DNA of 64,000 bases from an uncultured virus (IMG/VR IMGVR_UViG_3300030019_000024) (taxonomy: Duplodnaviria; Heunggongvirae; Uroviricota; Caudoviricetes), in the IMG/VR virus record IMGVR_UViG_3300030019_000024, one strand, 5' to 3'. The notes under the pieces were generated by a model that saw nothing but the letters and a program-made list of their open reading frames with translations, ran no database searches and had not been told where the DNA came from. The position numbers were made by a program, and so were the translations under genes. Position 1 is the stretch's first letter; each line of letters starts with the position of its first letter. Shown piece after piece: positions 20,915 through 31,938 of this stretch.

Positions 20915-21946
20915 ATGACACAAGATATTACATTATCATTCGGTAAATACAGAAATCAAAATATTTCTGTTGTTGCTAAAACTGATTTTAGTTATTTATA
21001 TTGGTTATCTGAAAATGCATTTGATGCAAGTCTTAAAGAATCAGTGAAAACTTTCATTGATGAATACAAACAAATTAAAGGTGAACAAGGTAAAACTATT
21101 ATTGTTGATAATAACCTTACTTTTAATTTTGGTAAGTTTAGTGGTAAAACATTTAAAGTAGTTTACCGTGAAAATCCACGTTATTTTAATTGGGTAGTTC
21201 GTACTTTTGTAGATGATACTGTATTGGTAGATTCAATAAATTTGTTTCTTACTCAAATGAAACCTATACAAAAACGATTGAACAAAATCGTTAAATTTAT
21301 TAAAGAACAAATCGCAGAATCAGAACGTATTGTGAAGTTCAACCAATACCTTGTACAAAAGGAAAAACAGAATGTTTTATATTCTGATATGCTTAATTTA
21401 AATCTTGATGATTTTTTTATTGTTAATGGAAGATATCTTTCTAATAAAATATTTTGTAAAATTACAAGTATATCTATTGACAATCATAATGATGATACAT
21501 TACACATTGGTTCAGTAAGAACGAATGTTGATTATTATTACTTTGATGCTATTAAAGGTATGACTTTAATGCAAAAACATTATTATGATAAAACTGTCAT
21601 TATCACAGAAGTACCAACTAAATATACCTTTGATTATGATATTTATTTTTTGGTTGAACGTAATCTTTATAATTCAGATGGTGTTAGTGTAAAGGATACA
21701 GATGAAAAATCTTTATTAAGAACTGAAACACATGAAGAAAGAATTATGTCAGATGTATGGGATAATGTAAGCTATACATATTTTAAAGATACTTTATTGT
21801 ATGTATCAGGTGAGTTTGTTTCAAATAATGGTGCAAGGAATTCAATTTCTATTAAAGATAAATTTGTTGTTTGTACTATTACTCAAACAAATTTACCAAT
21901 GCTTATTAGATATTTGAAGTTAATAAAAATTAAATCCAAAATTTAA
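20915..21946 (+). CDS. Protein with two FGK(Y/F)...Y..W repeats (DUF3820/ExoX C-terminal-like); start re-called
   Basis: LSFGKYRNQ...SYLYWL and FNFGKFSGK...RYFNWV; C-terminal IRYLKLIKIK. Confidence 0.6.
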   Translation: MTQDITLSFGKYRNQNISVVAKTDFSYLYWLSENAFDASLKESVKTFIDEYKQIKGEQGKTIIVDNNLTFNFGKFSGKTFKVVYRENPRYFNWVVRTFVDDTVLVDSINLFLTQMKPIQKRLNKIVKFIKEQIAESERIVKFNQYLVQKEKQNVLYSDMLNLNLDDFFIVNGRYLSNKIFCKITSISIDNHNDDTLHIGSVRTNVDYYYFDAIKGMTLMQKHYYDKTVIITEVPTKYTFDYDIYFLVERNLYNSDGVSVKDTDEKSLLRTETHEERIMSDVWDNVSYTYFKDTLLYVSGEFVSNNGARNSISIKDKFVVCTITQTNLPMLIRYLKLIKIKSKI

Positions 21947-22009
21947 TCAACAAATAATAAACAAAATTTGTTTTTTGATATAAAATAGATAAACAAAAAT
22001 ATTTATATT

Positions 22010-22801
22010 ATGTCTAAAATAAATGAATTATCTTTTTCTATTAAAAAAGAAAGCATGTCACAGTTGATTGATGTACTTAAAGACCTATCAAAACTAAATG
22101 ATAAGGTACTACTTAAAATAGATAAAAAGAATACATTAATATATTCAACAGTTGGAAATGGTAATGCTATAAACGCATTCAAAAATTTTATATTTAAGAC
22201 TGATGATATATTTAAAGGAATGGGTGACTTTGATGAAACCATCCACTTTATTATAAAAAGTGGAAAACAAATGTGTAACACATTAAGAATTATAGCAAGT
22301 TTTGATTCTGATGTGACGGGTAAGATTTTCTTTGATAGTGTTGGTACCACTGTATATGCTGATAGATTATATTTAAAAGTTGGTTCTAAATTAAGACAAA
22401 ACTTTTATGGTGGTGATCCAAGGTCAATGAATATTAATATTAATATAAGCGATATTAAAAAAATTGCAAATGTTGAAAATGCAGATTATTCATTCGATTT
22501 AGAAAGTGATGATTTTGATAAAATTAAAAAACTTTCATCATCCGAAGATGTAATAAATATCTACTACTTAAATGTTTATGAAAAGAATGAAAAGTTTTAT
22601 ATATCAGTTGGTGAAGGTCCTTGGGATATCACAGTAGCAGAAACAGAATACAATAGACCTTGTTCATTAGCATTTCCAAAGAAGTATTTTAAAAGTATAA
22701 ATTTAGTAAATAAAACTGTTAAAATTCATGTATTTGATAATATGATATTAGCAGTAACCGAAAATAGTAACTTATTAATTAGTGTAGAAATAACAGTTTA
22801 A
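22010..22801 (+). CDS. Putative DNA sliding clamp (gp45/PCNA-like)
   Basis: 263 aa with two-domain alpha/beta periodicity (L.DVLKDLSKLNDKVLLKI; F.LES.DF.KIKK; F.KKYFKSI). Confidence 0.5.
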   Translation: MSKINELSFSIKKESMSQLIDVLKDLSKLNDKVLLKIDKKNTLIYSTVGNGNAINAFKNFIFKTDDIFKGMGDFDETIHFIIKSGKQMCNTLRIIASFDSDVTGKIFFDSVGTTVYADRLYLKVGSKLRQNFYGGDPRSMNININISDIKKIANVENADYSFDLESDDFDKIKKLSSSEDVINIYYLNVYEKNEKFYISVGEGPWDITVAETEYNRPCSLAFPKKYFKSINLVNKTVKIHVFDNMILAVTENSNLLISVEITV

Positions 22802-22819
22802 CAATTTAATATAATAAAT

Positions 22820-22960
22820 ATGGAAAATGATATTGATGAACAAACAGAACAGTATTATGATAATCAACAAGTAAAACATTTAAAATCAATTAAAACCGAT
22901 TTTTATGCAATTGGAATTGTTTTAGTTATTGGACTTGTTTGGTATTTCCTTTCAAAATAA
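22820..22960 (+). CDS. Small membrane protein (46 aa, not in ORF track)
   Basis: MENDIDEQ...FYAIGIVLVIGLVWYFLSK; single C-terminal TM. Confidence 0.55.
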   Translation: MENDIDEQTEQYYDNQQVKHLKSIKTDFYAIGIVLVIGLVWYFLSK

Positions 22961-22961
22961 A

Positions 22962-22994
22962 AAAAATCCCTACCGAAAAAGTAGGGATTTTTTT
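22962..22994. terminator. Bidirectional terminator
   Basis: AAAAATCCCTAC...GTAGGGATTTTT. Confidence 0.75.
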
Positions 22995-25203
22995 ATGTGT
23001 GTAAATATGTAAATGTTATTTTATCCACTGTTCCTAAATCATATCCTGATACGGGTTTTGAATTAAAATAGTTCCAATATAATAAATCACCCATTTTAAT
23101 ATTTGTTAAAACTTTTTTGGTTCTTCCACCATCATCTGAAAAATAACATTCACATGCTTCATCATTTCCTAAAACTGCTTGTAGACCATTAATAGTAATT
23201 AACACACCCGAATTTGTAGAATTACCCGATAATAAAGGTGTAATACACGCTAACCTATTAGTTGTAGTAGTATTCAATGCACTCATGTTTATATTAGTAG
23301 TTGAAATTTTACTTATATAATCAGTTGAATTTATTTCTGTAATTAAACCTTCTAAATATAAATCCCTTGCAATTCTATTTGATTCTTCAATAGATAACAT
23401 TGTTGATAAACTTGTTTCACCTGATACATTCAAACCACTGAAATCAATAAGTGTTAAATCACCATTTTGTTTTCGTAAAGTTAAAATACTTCCTTCTAAT
23501 TCACCATCATTATAAGCTGTCCTATCTTGTAAAGATACAATTTCAATAGTATCATATGTACCATCTGTTTTTGTAAATTTAAGAAGTCCATTTACTTCAT
23601 CAACATTAGCATCAATAAAAGAATTATTATCAATTATAAAACTCTTAATTATTGTTTCTAAATCAACACTTATATATTCAACACCTTCTTTATAAAAAAT
23701 TAAAGTATTTGTAGTATTATCAAAGGTAACATCAGTAAGTCCTGTTTCATTGTTGATAATTGTTGATAAATCAATAGTAGTTAAATCACCATTTTGTTTT
23801 TTAAATGTTAATATATTATCTTCTAATATAGCATCATTATAAGCTGTTCTATCTTGTAAACTTGCAATTGTAATTATATCATATGTTCCATCAACCTTTC
23901 TAAATTTAAGAAGTCCATTTATTTCATCTACAATAACATCAACAAATGAATTATTATCTATTATAAAATCATTTATAATAGATTGTAAATCAATTGTATT
24001 ATATAATAAACCTTCTTTATAAAATGATAATATATTAGTACTTTCATCAAATTGAACATCTGTAATACCAGTATTTATCATTAATAAACTTAAATCAATA
24101 GTTGTTAAATCCCCATTTTGTTTTTTAAATAATAACATACTATCATCCAAATAAACATCGTTATATGCAGACCTATCTTGTAATTCAGTTAATGATATCG
24201 TATCTGTTGTTCCATTAGCACGTGTAAATATAAGTTGATTAGTTGTAAGATCAACTTTTGAATCAACAAATGATTTATCAACATTTAATATAATATCATT
24301 TAAATCCAATGATAAATAAGATTTTCCATTTTTAAAGAATGTTAAAATAGTTGAATCTGAATCATATGTAACATCACTAACACCATTAGCTACATCACTA
24401 AGTGGACTTAAATCAATTTCGTAATTATTACCGTCATATCTATTAACTGCTAATTTTTTTGTTGATGGATTGAATTGTATATTAGTTATAGTTTCAGTTA
24501 TCTGTAATGTACTTAAATCTAATCTTGCTTCACCAATCGTGTTTTTATTAAACACAATATTATTATTTTCATAAACAGCACTGTTGAAATATTTATCGGA
24601 AACATCACTTACATACTTACCAGTATATTGAAAGAAAGATGCTTTAATTGAACCCCAACCCAAATCTTTAGGTGTATATTCTTCTTGAAATGAAACAATA
24701 CCCGAATAATAATTTACAACCCAATTTCCTTCTGTTATAAATATTTCCGAACCTGGTGTTCCTGATGTAGCATCATCACCCCTATATAATCTTAGTCTAT
24801 ATCCATTACTAATTTCATTCGTTAATTTATTTACAACATCTTCGGGTGCAATAAACGGTCTTATATAAATTCCACCATCAGATACTTTACCCCTTTTATC
24901 AATTGGATATGAATTATCATAATAAAAACCATTTTCTATATATGAATATGATTGTCCATTTGATCCATATATTTGATCCAATGGTACATTAATATAATTT
25001 GTTACAGAAGAATTAATAATTGATTCATTTTTAGCATCAGTGTAAGTAGATGCAAAGGATATTGCATCAGTCCATATTTCATTTGTTTTTACTGTATGTG
25101 ATGATTTATATCTACTTTCATAAATATTTTGATTTGCTTCTGTCATCACTTTTCCAAGTGAATGAAAATATGCTACCTTTCTTTCATATGTTGAAGAATC
25201 CAT
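22993..25203 (-). CDS. Repeat-containing structural/fibre-like protein
   Basis: Three ~110-aa repeats (LQDR.AYND...KQNGDLT.ID.S); C-terminal domain shared with 27010-27615. Confidence 0.65.
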   Translation of the reverse strand: MDSSTYERKVAYFHSLGKVMTEANQNIYESRYKSSHTVKTNEIWTDAISFASTYTDAKNESIINSSVTNYINVPLDQIYGSNGQSYSYIENGFYYDNSYPIDKRGKVSDGGIYIRPFIAPEDVVNKLTNEISNGYRLRLYRGDDATSGTPGSEIFITEGNWVVNYYSGIVSFQEEYTPKDLGWGSIKASFFQYTGKYVSDVSDKYFNSAVYENNNIVFNKNTIGEARLDLSTLQITETITNIQFNPSTKKLAVNRYDGNNYEIDLSPLSDVANGVSDVTYDSDSTILTFFKNGKSYLSLDLNDIILNVDKSFVDSKVDLTTNQLIFTRANGTTDTISLTELQDRSAYNDVYLDDSMLLFKKQNGDLTTIDLSLLMINTGITDVQFDESTNILSFYKEGLLYNTIDLQSIINDFIIDNNSFVDVIVDEINGLLKFRKVDGTYDIITIASLQDRTAYNDAILEDNILTFKKQNGDLTTIDLSTIINNETGLTDVTFDNTTNTLIFYKEGVEYISVDLETIIKSFIIDNNSFIDANVDEVNGLLKFTKTDGTYDTIEIVSLQDRTAYNDGELEGSILTLRKQNGDLTLIDFSGLNVSGETSLSTMLSIEESNRIARDLYLEGLITEINSTDYISKISTTNINMSALNTTTTNRLACITPLLSGNSTNSGVLITINGLQAVLGNDEACECYFSDDGGRTKKVLTNIKMGDLLYWNYFNSKPVSGYDLGTVDKITFTYLHT

Positions 25204-25224
25204 TTATATTATTATTTTTTATTT

Positions 25225-26991
25225 TTATACCCAATAACTATCTATTATACCTATACCACCTATATATTTATTTACAGATGCAAAAGTATATTTTATTCTT
25301 AAATAACAGTAATTGGATGAACCACCATAACCTAATGTGAATCTTAATGCATTGTTATTTATTAATCCTGTTCCAAATGCATAATCATTATTATCAATCC
25401 TACAACCTTTACCATTTGTTATAACACTACCATCATATAATTTATTTAAACTAAACCATGTTGCACCTTTATCTATACTTATATCAACACCAACCCTATT
25501 GTTTGTAATATCACTTTCAGTAATATTATAATCACTAAATTCTATTATACCATTAGATATACTACGTCCATCAGTACTGAATAATCTATAATAATATCTA
25601 ACACCTACACATAAACTATAATCAGGTTCACTTATGAAATTATTATATAATGTGAAATTATTTTTAGGATAAACTAATCTATTAGCTAAAACTTGTAACC
25701 CTGTTCCACCGTCATATGTTATTAAACTTTGTGTACTATCCCATGCTGATAAAGTACTATCTAATCTTTTTGTTTCACTTATGAATTTTTCATTACTTCT
25801 ATTTGAATCATCTACCAATGTATCAATAATATACGGATATGTAGGTGAATCTTTACTCATAACTAAACCCCAATCATATAAGTTAGCAGTTATTTTTATA
25901 TCATTAATACTATTTGTTGTGTGATTCCATGATGTATTATTAACCTTGTTTATAGTCCAATCATTTTTAAGATAAGATACATTATTTGAATTGTATTTTG
26001 TGTTCCATGTGCTATCATAAAAAGTATCAAATGCACCACCTTCACCATTAACTAATAAATTTTCGGTAAATGTATTTGTTCCAACTACTTCTAATTGTTT
26101 TGTTAATGGATACGTTAAATTATTTAAATCGTTTATCCCTGAAATATTAACACCTAACAACGAATTTTCTGTTAAAAAATTAACACCACTTAAAGTTTTC
26201 AAAACATAAGGTGTTGATACTGATAAACTTAAATTATTAGATACTGTTATAGATGCTGTGTCTGAATCAATAAATAAATCATTTTGTGAAAATGTATAAG
26301 AACCATCAACACCATCATTATGAATAATTGAAATTGAAAATCTACCACCATTAGGTAATATATTATACATTTTTAAACTAACTATTAAATTTGCTTTGTA
26401 TTTATTTTTATCCATGACAAAGTTTGATATTGTATATGTTATGTTGTTGTCAGTGATAGTATTATTACTATTTAATATTATTTCATGTGAAGTTAATATA
26501 CTTGTTCCATCTGCATCATAAACGATTGTTTTAATAGTCGTGTCGATGCTTATAATGCTTATCGGATCAACTGTTGTATAAGATAATGAATTAGTACCCT
26601 TAACGGTTTTAGCTACCGTAGAAGCACCCCAATTACCTATTTTGAATGGAACACCTTCTGATGTTGGTAAAGAAATATATCTATCAGCTAAAGTAGGATT
26701 TACAACTAATGAATTTGTTAATCCGTCAGATGTATTAAAATGAGAAGCATAATCAACAGGTGCAATATATATGTTAACTTTTTTACTTATTGAATCATCT
26801 ACATATGCGTACACACCACCACCAATAAAATTAATCGCTGTTACATCTGTTAATATTTCTTCCCCTTCATCAATAATTGTTATACCCTTACCCAAACTAC
26901 CTACTAATTCATCAACATATCCTTTTGTTGTTAAATCATCTTGTTCTATTGGGGTTTCACCTATTATTTGTTTACTTTTAATTCTTGGCAT
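25225..26991 (-). CDS. Putative virion structural protein
   Basis: DLTTKGYVD fibre-type motif, INFIGGGV; beta-rich. Confidence 0.6.
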   Translation of the reverse strand: MPRIKSKQIIGETPIEQDDLTTKGYVDELVGSLGKGITIIDEGEEILTDVTAINFIGGGVYAYVDDSISKKVNIYIAPVDYASHFNTSDGLTNSLVVNPTLADRYISLPTSEGVPFKIGNWGASTVAKTVKGTNSLSYTTVDPISIISIDTTIKTIVYDADGTSILTSHEIILNSNNTITDNNITYTISNFVMDKNKYKANLIVSLKMYNILPNGGRFSISIIHNDGVDGSYTFSQNDLFIDSDTASITVSNNLSLSVSTPYVLKTLSGVNFLTENSLLGVNISGINDLNNLTYPLTKQLEVVGTNTFTENLLVNGEGGAFDTFYDSTWNTKYNSNNVSYLKNDWTINKVNNTSWNHTTNSINDIKITANLYDWGLVMSKDSPTYPYIIDTLVDDSNRSNEKFISETKRLDSTLSAWDSTQSLITYDGGTGLQVLANRLVYPKNNFTLYNNFISEPDYSLCVGVRYYYRLFSTDGRSISNGIIEFSDYNITESDITNNRVGVDISIDKGATWFSLNKLYDGSVITNGKGCRIDNNDYAFGTGLINNNALRFTLGYGGSSNYCYLRIKYTFASVNKYIGGIGIIDSYWV

Positions 26992-27009
26992 TATTTATTA
27001 TTTTTTTGT

Positions 27010-27615
27010 TTAAAATATTATTTTAACTAAATATACAAAATCAATTAAATCTGTTTCATCAAGTTTATATCCCGACACTGATTTATTCCAATATAGTTTG
27101 TCACCAATCCTTTCATCACCAAGTATCCTTTCTGTAATACCATCTACTGAAAAATAACAATCAAATGGATATACTTTACCACCAACACTCACTTCTACAC
27201 CATTTATAAAAACCTTTACCATTGAATACGGTGCGGGTATTTCCCTAATTGGTGTACTACAAGCTAACGCACCATCAAAAGTTGAAACATTTGCTTTCAT
27301 GTTTAAATTTAATTTTGAAAAAACTGTAATTTGATTGTTTACTGCTGTTATACTACCCGAAAACATATCTAATAATTCCTGCTTTATTCCACTAAGTCTT
27401 ACTAATGCTGAACTTGCTTCTGCTGATGTTTCAAAATCTAAAACTACATCAGCTATACCAGGACTTTTAATTATTACCAAATTCGAATTTTTATAAAATA
27501 CCGAAACACGTGGGTCAACACTATATTTTAATGTAGAAGATTTATCATATATTTTTATTTTCACATCACCTTTAACAGGGTTTGTAACAAATGTTTTTAA
27601 ATCATAATTTGCCAT
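27010..27615 (-). CDS. Putative virion structural protein
   Basis: NLNM.A...LAC.TP...ING...CYFS.DG...GD.LYWN...SGY.L domain shared with 22993-25203. Confidence 0.6.
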   Translation of the reverse strand: MANYDLKTFVTNPVKGDVKIKIYDKSSTLKYSVDPRVSVFYKNSNLVIIKSPGIADVVLDFETSAEASSALVRLSGIKQELLDMFSGSITAVNNQITVFSKLNLNMKANVSTFDGALACSTPIREIPAPYSMVKVFINGVEVSVGGKVYPFDCYFSVDGITERILGDERIGDKLYWNKSVSGYKLDETDLIDFVYLVKIIF

Positions 27616-27652
27616 TATTAGTGTTACTTATTTTATAATATATATAAAAATA

Positions 27653-27687
27653 AAAACCCCATGATATTTTTATATCATGGGGTTTTT
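27653..27687 (-). terminator. Intrinsic terminator
   Basis: AAAACCCCATGATA...TATCATGGGGTTTT. Confidence 0.75.
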
Positions 27688-27704
27688 ATAAGTGCTTTAA
27701 TTTA

Positions 27705-28181
27705 TTAATCTAAAATAAGCATAAATTCTAAATTTCTTAATTGTTTTTCAGAAATTTCTTCTGGTAAATCTTCAAATGCAAGTTTCTTAAAATCAAATGT
27801 TAATTCTTCTTCCATTAATGAATTATATTCTTCCATTTGTGTGTATCTATTTTTAACGTCTTCTTCATATTCATCTGACAATTTCTTCAATTCTTCATTA
27901 AATACATCCATATCAATGATTTTATATTGGTCATTTTCTGTAATAGGATTTCCTTCATCATCTTTTTCTGAATGGTAAATACATAAATCAATTCGTTTTG
28001 TTTCAAATTCTTTAAATCCTTCTGATGGTTTTAGAATTTCTTCGAAAATTAATTTATCTTCTTCTATTTGTGATTCAATTTTCTTTCTATTTTTCAAAAC
28101 AGTAAATGCAAATTTTACACCTTTAAGTTCACTTACTTCATTTAGTGTGTTTAAAATTGCGGTAATATCATTTCTTTTCAT
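27705..28181 (-). CDS. Hypothetical acidic helical protein (start re-called to MKRND)
   Basis: KFAF...KN...EKDDEGNP pattern. Confidence 0.55.
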   Translation of the reverse strand: MKRNDITAILNTLNEVSELKGVKFAFTVLKNRKKIESQIEEDKLIFEEILKPSEGFKEFETKRIDLCIYHSEKDDEGNPITENDQYKIIDMDVFNEELKKLSDEYEEDVKNRYTQMEEYNSLMEEELTFDFKKLAFEDLPEEISEKQLRNLEFMLILD

Positions 28182-28266
28182 AATTTTAATATTGTTTTTA
28201 TTTATTATATAAAAAAAAGTATATTTTGTTTTAAAAAAATACACTTTTTTTTAAATTATTTTATCA

Positions 28267-29718
28267 TTATTCAGTTACATTTATCGTTTTACGATAAGTG
28301 ATATTGTTTCCTGATAAATCGGTTGCTGAATAAGTTACGTAATATACACCTACTGTTGGTATATTCATATATTCAACGCTATTTATATCTGTTATAGTTA
28401 CAGTATAATCAATTGTTTTAATTTGACTCAAATCTTTACTTGTTATTTCAGGTAATATAGAATTAATATTATCAGTAACTGAAATTACAGTCTTAGCAGT
28501 AATATCTTCTTTGGATATACCTAACGATTGATTTGAAGCATCCGTTGTTATTGACATAGGAATTATATCATTTTCAGATACAAAGGTCACAACGGGTTTA
28601 GTAACATCAATAACTAATATAAAATTCATTATTGAAGTGTTATTAGCATAATCTGATATAGATAATAAAATAGTATAAGAACCTTCTTCATCTATTTGTA
28701 CTAAATTAACCAATTCACCATATCGTCTTATTTGAACTGCTAAATTTTTCTTATCTATTTCACCATCTCTTTCATCATTAACTGATAATATGAAATAATT
28801 TATTATATCTTTAGGATAAACAATAAATTTATTAGCAAGATTACCATTAACATGCATAGTATAAATATATTCAATAACAGGTAATACACCAACATTCATT
28901 GTTATTGATGGTGGTACCGTATCTACACCAGGTAATTCAGTTGTTAAATTTCTATTTAATGAATCTTGCATTGACCAATGTATTCTTGAATTTGCTTGAT
29001 ACATTTCAAATCTACTTAGAAATTCTAAATAAATAGTACTATCTGTTTTAGTATCTATTCTTACTAAATTGCTTTTTTCTTCAACTTGAATATTATCTAT
29101 TTCAGTATAATTTAAATATAATGATACATTACCTTCATAATCAAGTAGTATAAACTGTGTTGAACCATGATTATTAGTTGTTATATTAAATATGCTATCA
29201 GTTGTGATGTTATTATGATATAACCCTTTCATTTTTATAATATTAGATGTTAAGTTATCACTATCAATATCACTTTGTGTTAAATTACCAACCATTACAT
29301 CAATGATTACCGTATAATCACTTGGATTATTAAGATATATTTGTGGAATTCTTTTTGTTGAATTACCCGATAACATCATTAATTTTCCAATATATTTTAA
29401 ATCAGTTAAATTAGTATCAAAATAATATTCGATATATTGGTCTTCTTCTATTAAAAGATATGGATTAACTTCATCATATGTTACTTTCAATAATAAAAAT
29501 GTAACACTTTGACCTAAAAATCCATATAACAATGGTTGACCAAATGAATTAGGGTTTAATACTATTCTACTTGTATATTGTGATTCATACTGCATCTCTA
29601 CACCTGCTAAATCAATTTTACCCAAAAGGTTTGGACCTTCTGTTGCTATAAATGAACAATTATAAGGTTTTATAATCCTTGAAGTTTTTCCAAGCAATTT
29701 ATTTTGTTGTACGTACAT
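28267..29718 (-). CDS. Structural protein with C-terminal Ig-like domains
   Basis: DTVPPSIT...D.RDG...G.Y.I...D...N and DVTKPVVT...GVYYVTYSATDLSGN. Confidence 0.65.
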   Translation of the reverse strand: MYVQQNKLLGKTSRIIKPYNCSFIATEGPNLLGKIDLAGVEMQYESQYTSRIVLNPNSFGQPLLYGFLGQSVTFLLLKVTYDEVNPYLLIEEDQYIEYYFDTNLTDLKYIGKLMMLSGNSTKRIPQIYLNNPSDYTVIIDVMVGNLTQSDIDSDNLTSNIIKMKGLYHNNITTDSIFNITTNNHGSTQFILLDYEGNVSLYLNYTEIDNIQVEEKSNLVRIDTKTDSTIYLEFLSRFEMYQANSRIHWSMQDSLNRNLTTELPGVDTVPPSITMNVGVLPVIEYIYTMHVNGNLANKFIVYPKDIINYFILSVNDERDGEIDKKNLAVQIRRYGELVNLVQIDEEGSYTILLSISDYANNTSIMNFILVIDVTKPVVTFVSENDIIPMSITTDASNQSLGISKEDITAKTVISVTDNINSILPEITSKDLSQIKTIDYTVTITDINSVEYMNIPTVGVYYVTYSATDLSGNNITYRKTINVTE

Positions 29719-29727
29719 TTTAGTTAT

Positions 29728-30018
29728 TTATTTTTTATTCATGAATTTTTCTAAATCTTCTTCTGTTATGTAATATTTACCTGCTGAATCTTCACCACCA
29801 CCTAAAACAATTTTACCTGTTGCATCAACATTACTCCATGAATGATTTCTAAAATTTTTAAACATAAATCTTCTTTCTTCATCAGTAAGTTCTCTTTTAA
29901 AAGGTTCTACTGGTCTTGTGAATTTATCAAAACTTCTTTTAGGAAAACTTTCATTTTTAATACCCAATTCACTAAAATCACCACCAAAAAATTCTGTTAT
30001 CATTTTAATATGTTTCAT
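29728..30018 (-). CDS. Hypothetical protein with N-terminal MKHIKMITEF motif
   Basis: Shared N-terminal motif. Confidence 0.6.
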   Translation of the reverse strand: MKHIKMITEFFGGDFSELGIKNESFPKRSFDKFTRPVEPFKRELTDEERRFMFKNFRNHSWSNVDATGKIVLGGGEDSAGKYYITEEDLEKFMNKK

Positions 30019-30056
30019 TATAAATATATTTTTTTATTATATATAAAATTTTTATT

Positions 30057-30473
30057 TTAAATATTAATCTTTAAACTAACAAATACCTTATCTTCTTTAG
30101 TAGTTATCCTATCAATTAAAGTATAAATTAAAATAGTTCTATGTTGAAGCTGCTCTAATAAATAATCAATAATTGTAGTTTCTAATTCTAACAAACCTTC
30201 TTCTGATTCTAAGTGGTCATGCTTTTCAAATGTGAATGTAATAGTTATTACATCAGTTGGATTAGATGTTAGATTAAAGTTATCAAGTTTAGATAATAAC
30301 TTTAAATTAGTTGATAAATATGTTTCACCATTAATGTTAACTAAAGATAAATCTTTTTCATATACTACTTTACTTAAAAATTCTGCATATTCACACATTT
30401 TTCCAATTTTTTCTTCATTGGTAACACCCAATTCTTCTATAATAGGTATCCATTTTTTTACTGCTTTTGCCAT
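30057..30473 (-). CDS. Hypothetical protein with KWxPIIE N-terminus (start re-called)
   Basis: MAKAVKKWIPIIEELGV...MCEYAEF. Confidence 0.55.
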   Translation of the reverse strand: MAKAVKKWIPIIEELGVTNEEKIGKMCEYAEFLSKVVYEKDLSLVNINGETYLSTNLKLLSKLDNFNLTSNPTDVITITFTFEKHDHLESEEGLLELETTIIDYLLEQLQHRTILIYTLIDRITTKEDKVFVSLKINI

Positions 30474-30483
30474 TGTTGTAATA

Positions 30484-31797
30484 TTATTTTTTAAATTTTT
30501 CTCCACCTTTACCTTTTTTACCACCTGGTTCTTCACCTTGACCAAATCCAGGTTCTACATCAGGATATATTTCACCTGCACCATCTCTATCAAATTTAAT
30601 ATTGAAATAGTCATTGAAATTTAGTAAATCGACTTTTTGGAAAACATAATCTCTATTTAAATTTAATAGGTTATCAATATATCTTGAAATCTTATCTACC
30701 ATCTTATTGAAAAATTCAACAGTAGATTCTTTCATAACACCAATCGGTTTCTTTCGGTATTTCTTAAATGAACCCAATATAACCTTAAATAAATATTCAA
30801 TCTTATCGGATGATTTAATTAATAACTTCGTATCCTTATTCCTTATTAAATCAGTATTGATTTTAAATTTATCATCTTTTATAAAGTTTGGAATAAAGAA
30901 CTCCCAACTATTAATATCATCTTTCATGTTAGCAACATATTCATTGAAAAGTTGTGATATTAAATTAACATATATTTCATCTTTTGTTAATCCTTCTACT
31001 TTTATTTTATTTAAATCTTTAAGTTGTAAGAATTCAAGAAAGCTCGTTACTATTAAACTAAATACTTGTGCATGTTCTGTTTGATTTTCACCTACATTCC
31101 TTGTGTATAATGGATTTAGGATAGCTAATGTGTATTTATCATCACCATCAATCCTAATTATAATCTTTTCTAAATTATTATTATATCCACCTTCTTCCAT
31201 TAAGAATGAACCTTCCATATGTGGATTCAATATATTATAAAAGAATTTTGCAAATGATTCATCACCAAATATAAATTTTAAATCTTCTTCTGATGTTTTA
31301 AGATATAAGTTAATGATTTCCAATTGTTTATCATTTAATTTCCCTTTGAAGATAACAGGAACTGGATCAATATCAAATAGCTGTGCATATTCTACAATTT
31401 CTTCATAGTTGAATTTATGATGTCCACCTTTTACAATAGATGTTAATATTAAATTATTTTTTGGAATTCTATTATATTTTGTATTATTGTTTTCCATGTC
31501 TGGTAGATATTCGAATACAAACGTCCATTTTCTATTCAATATGTCTGTTACATAAGATGGTAAGGTATGGAAAAATGCATACGCTTTTCCGTAGAATTTT
31601 TGAATTGCTAAATCAATGAAACTCAATTCATCGTTCTTTATTGATTTTGGTTTGATTATAAAACGATCCCCGTCAAATCTTACATACAATTTACTTCCTT
31701 GTATGTCTTCATAAATAATTAGTTCTTTTCCGTCTAATTGTTTTATGAATTCTTCTGATGTAACTACATCATCATTTAAGTTAATTAGTTGTGACAT
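30484..31797 (-). CDS. RNA ligase (Rnl2)-like fold protein, motif I Lys apparently absent
   Basis: IYEDIQGS, FVFEY and VPVIFKG motifs. Confidence 0.45.
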   Translation of the reverse strand: MSQLINLNDDVVTSEEFIKQLDGKELIIYEDIQGSKLYVRFDGDRFIIKPKSIKNDELSFIDLAIQKFYGKAYAFFHTLPSYVTDILNRKWTFVFEYLPDMENNNTKYNRIPKNNLILTSIVKGGHHKFNYEEIVEYAQLFDIDPVPVIFKGKLNDKQLEIINLYLKTSEEDLKFIFGDESFAKFFYNILNPHMEGSFLMEEGGYNNNLEKIIIRIDGDDKYTLAILNPLYTRNVGENQTEHAQVFSLIVTSFLEFLQLKDLNKIKVEGLTKDEIYVNLISQLFNEYVANMKDDINSWEFFIPNFIKDDKFKINTDLIRNKDTKLLIKSSDKIEYLFKVILGSFKKYRKKPIGVMKESTVEFFNKMVDKISRYIDNLLNLNRDYVFQKVDLLNFNDYFNIKFDRDGAGEIYPDVEPGFGQGEEPGGKKGKGGEKFKK

Positions 31798-31938
31798 TTT
31801 TGTTATTATGTTATTTTTTATATTATAACTTATATATTAAATAATAGTCGGTTAAAAATAAAATAAACTTTTTATTTAATTGAATGTATAATGACTAAAA
31901 CAATAGTAAGTTATGTGTGAAAAAATAAAAATATTTAA

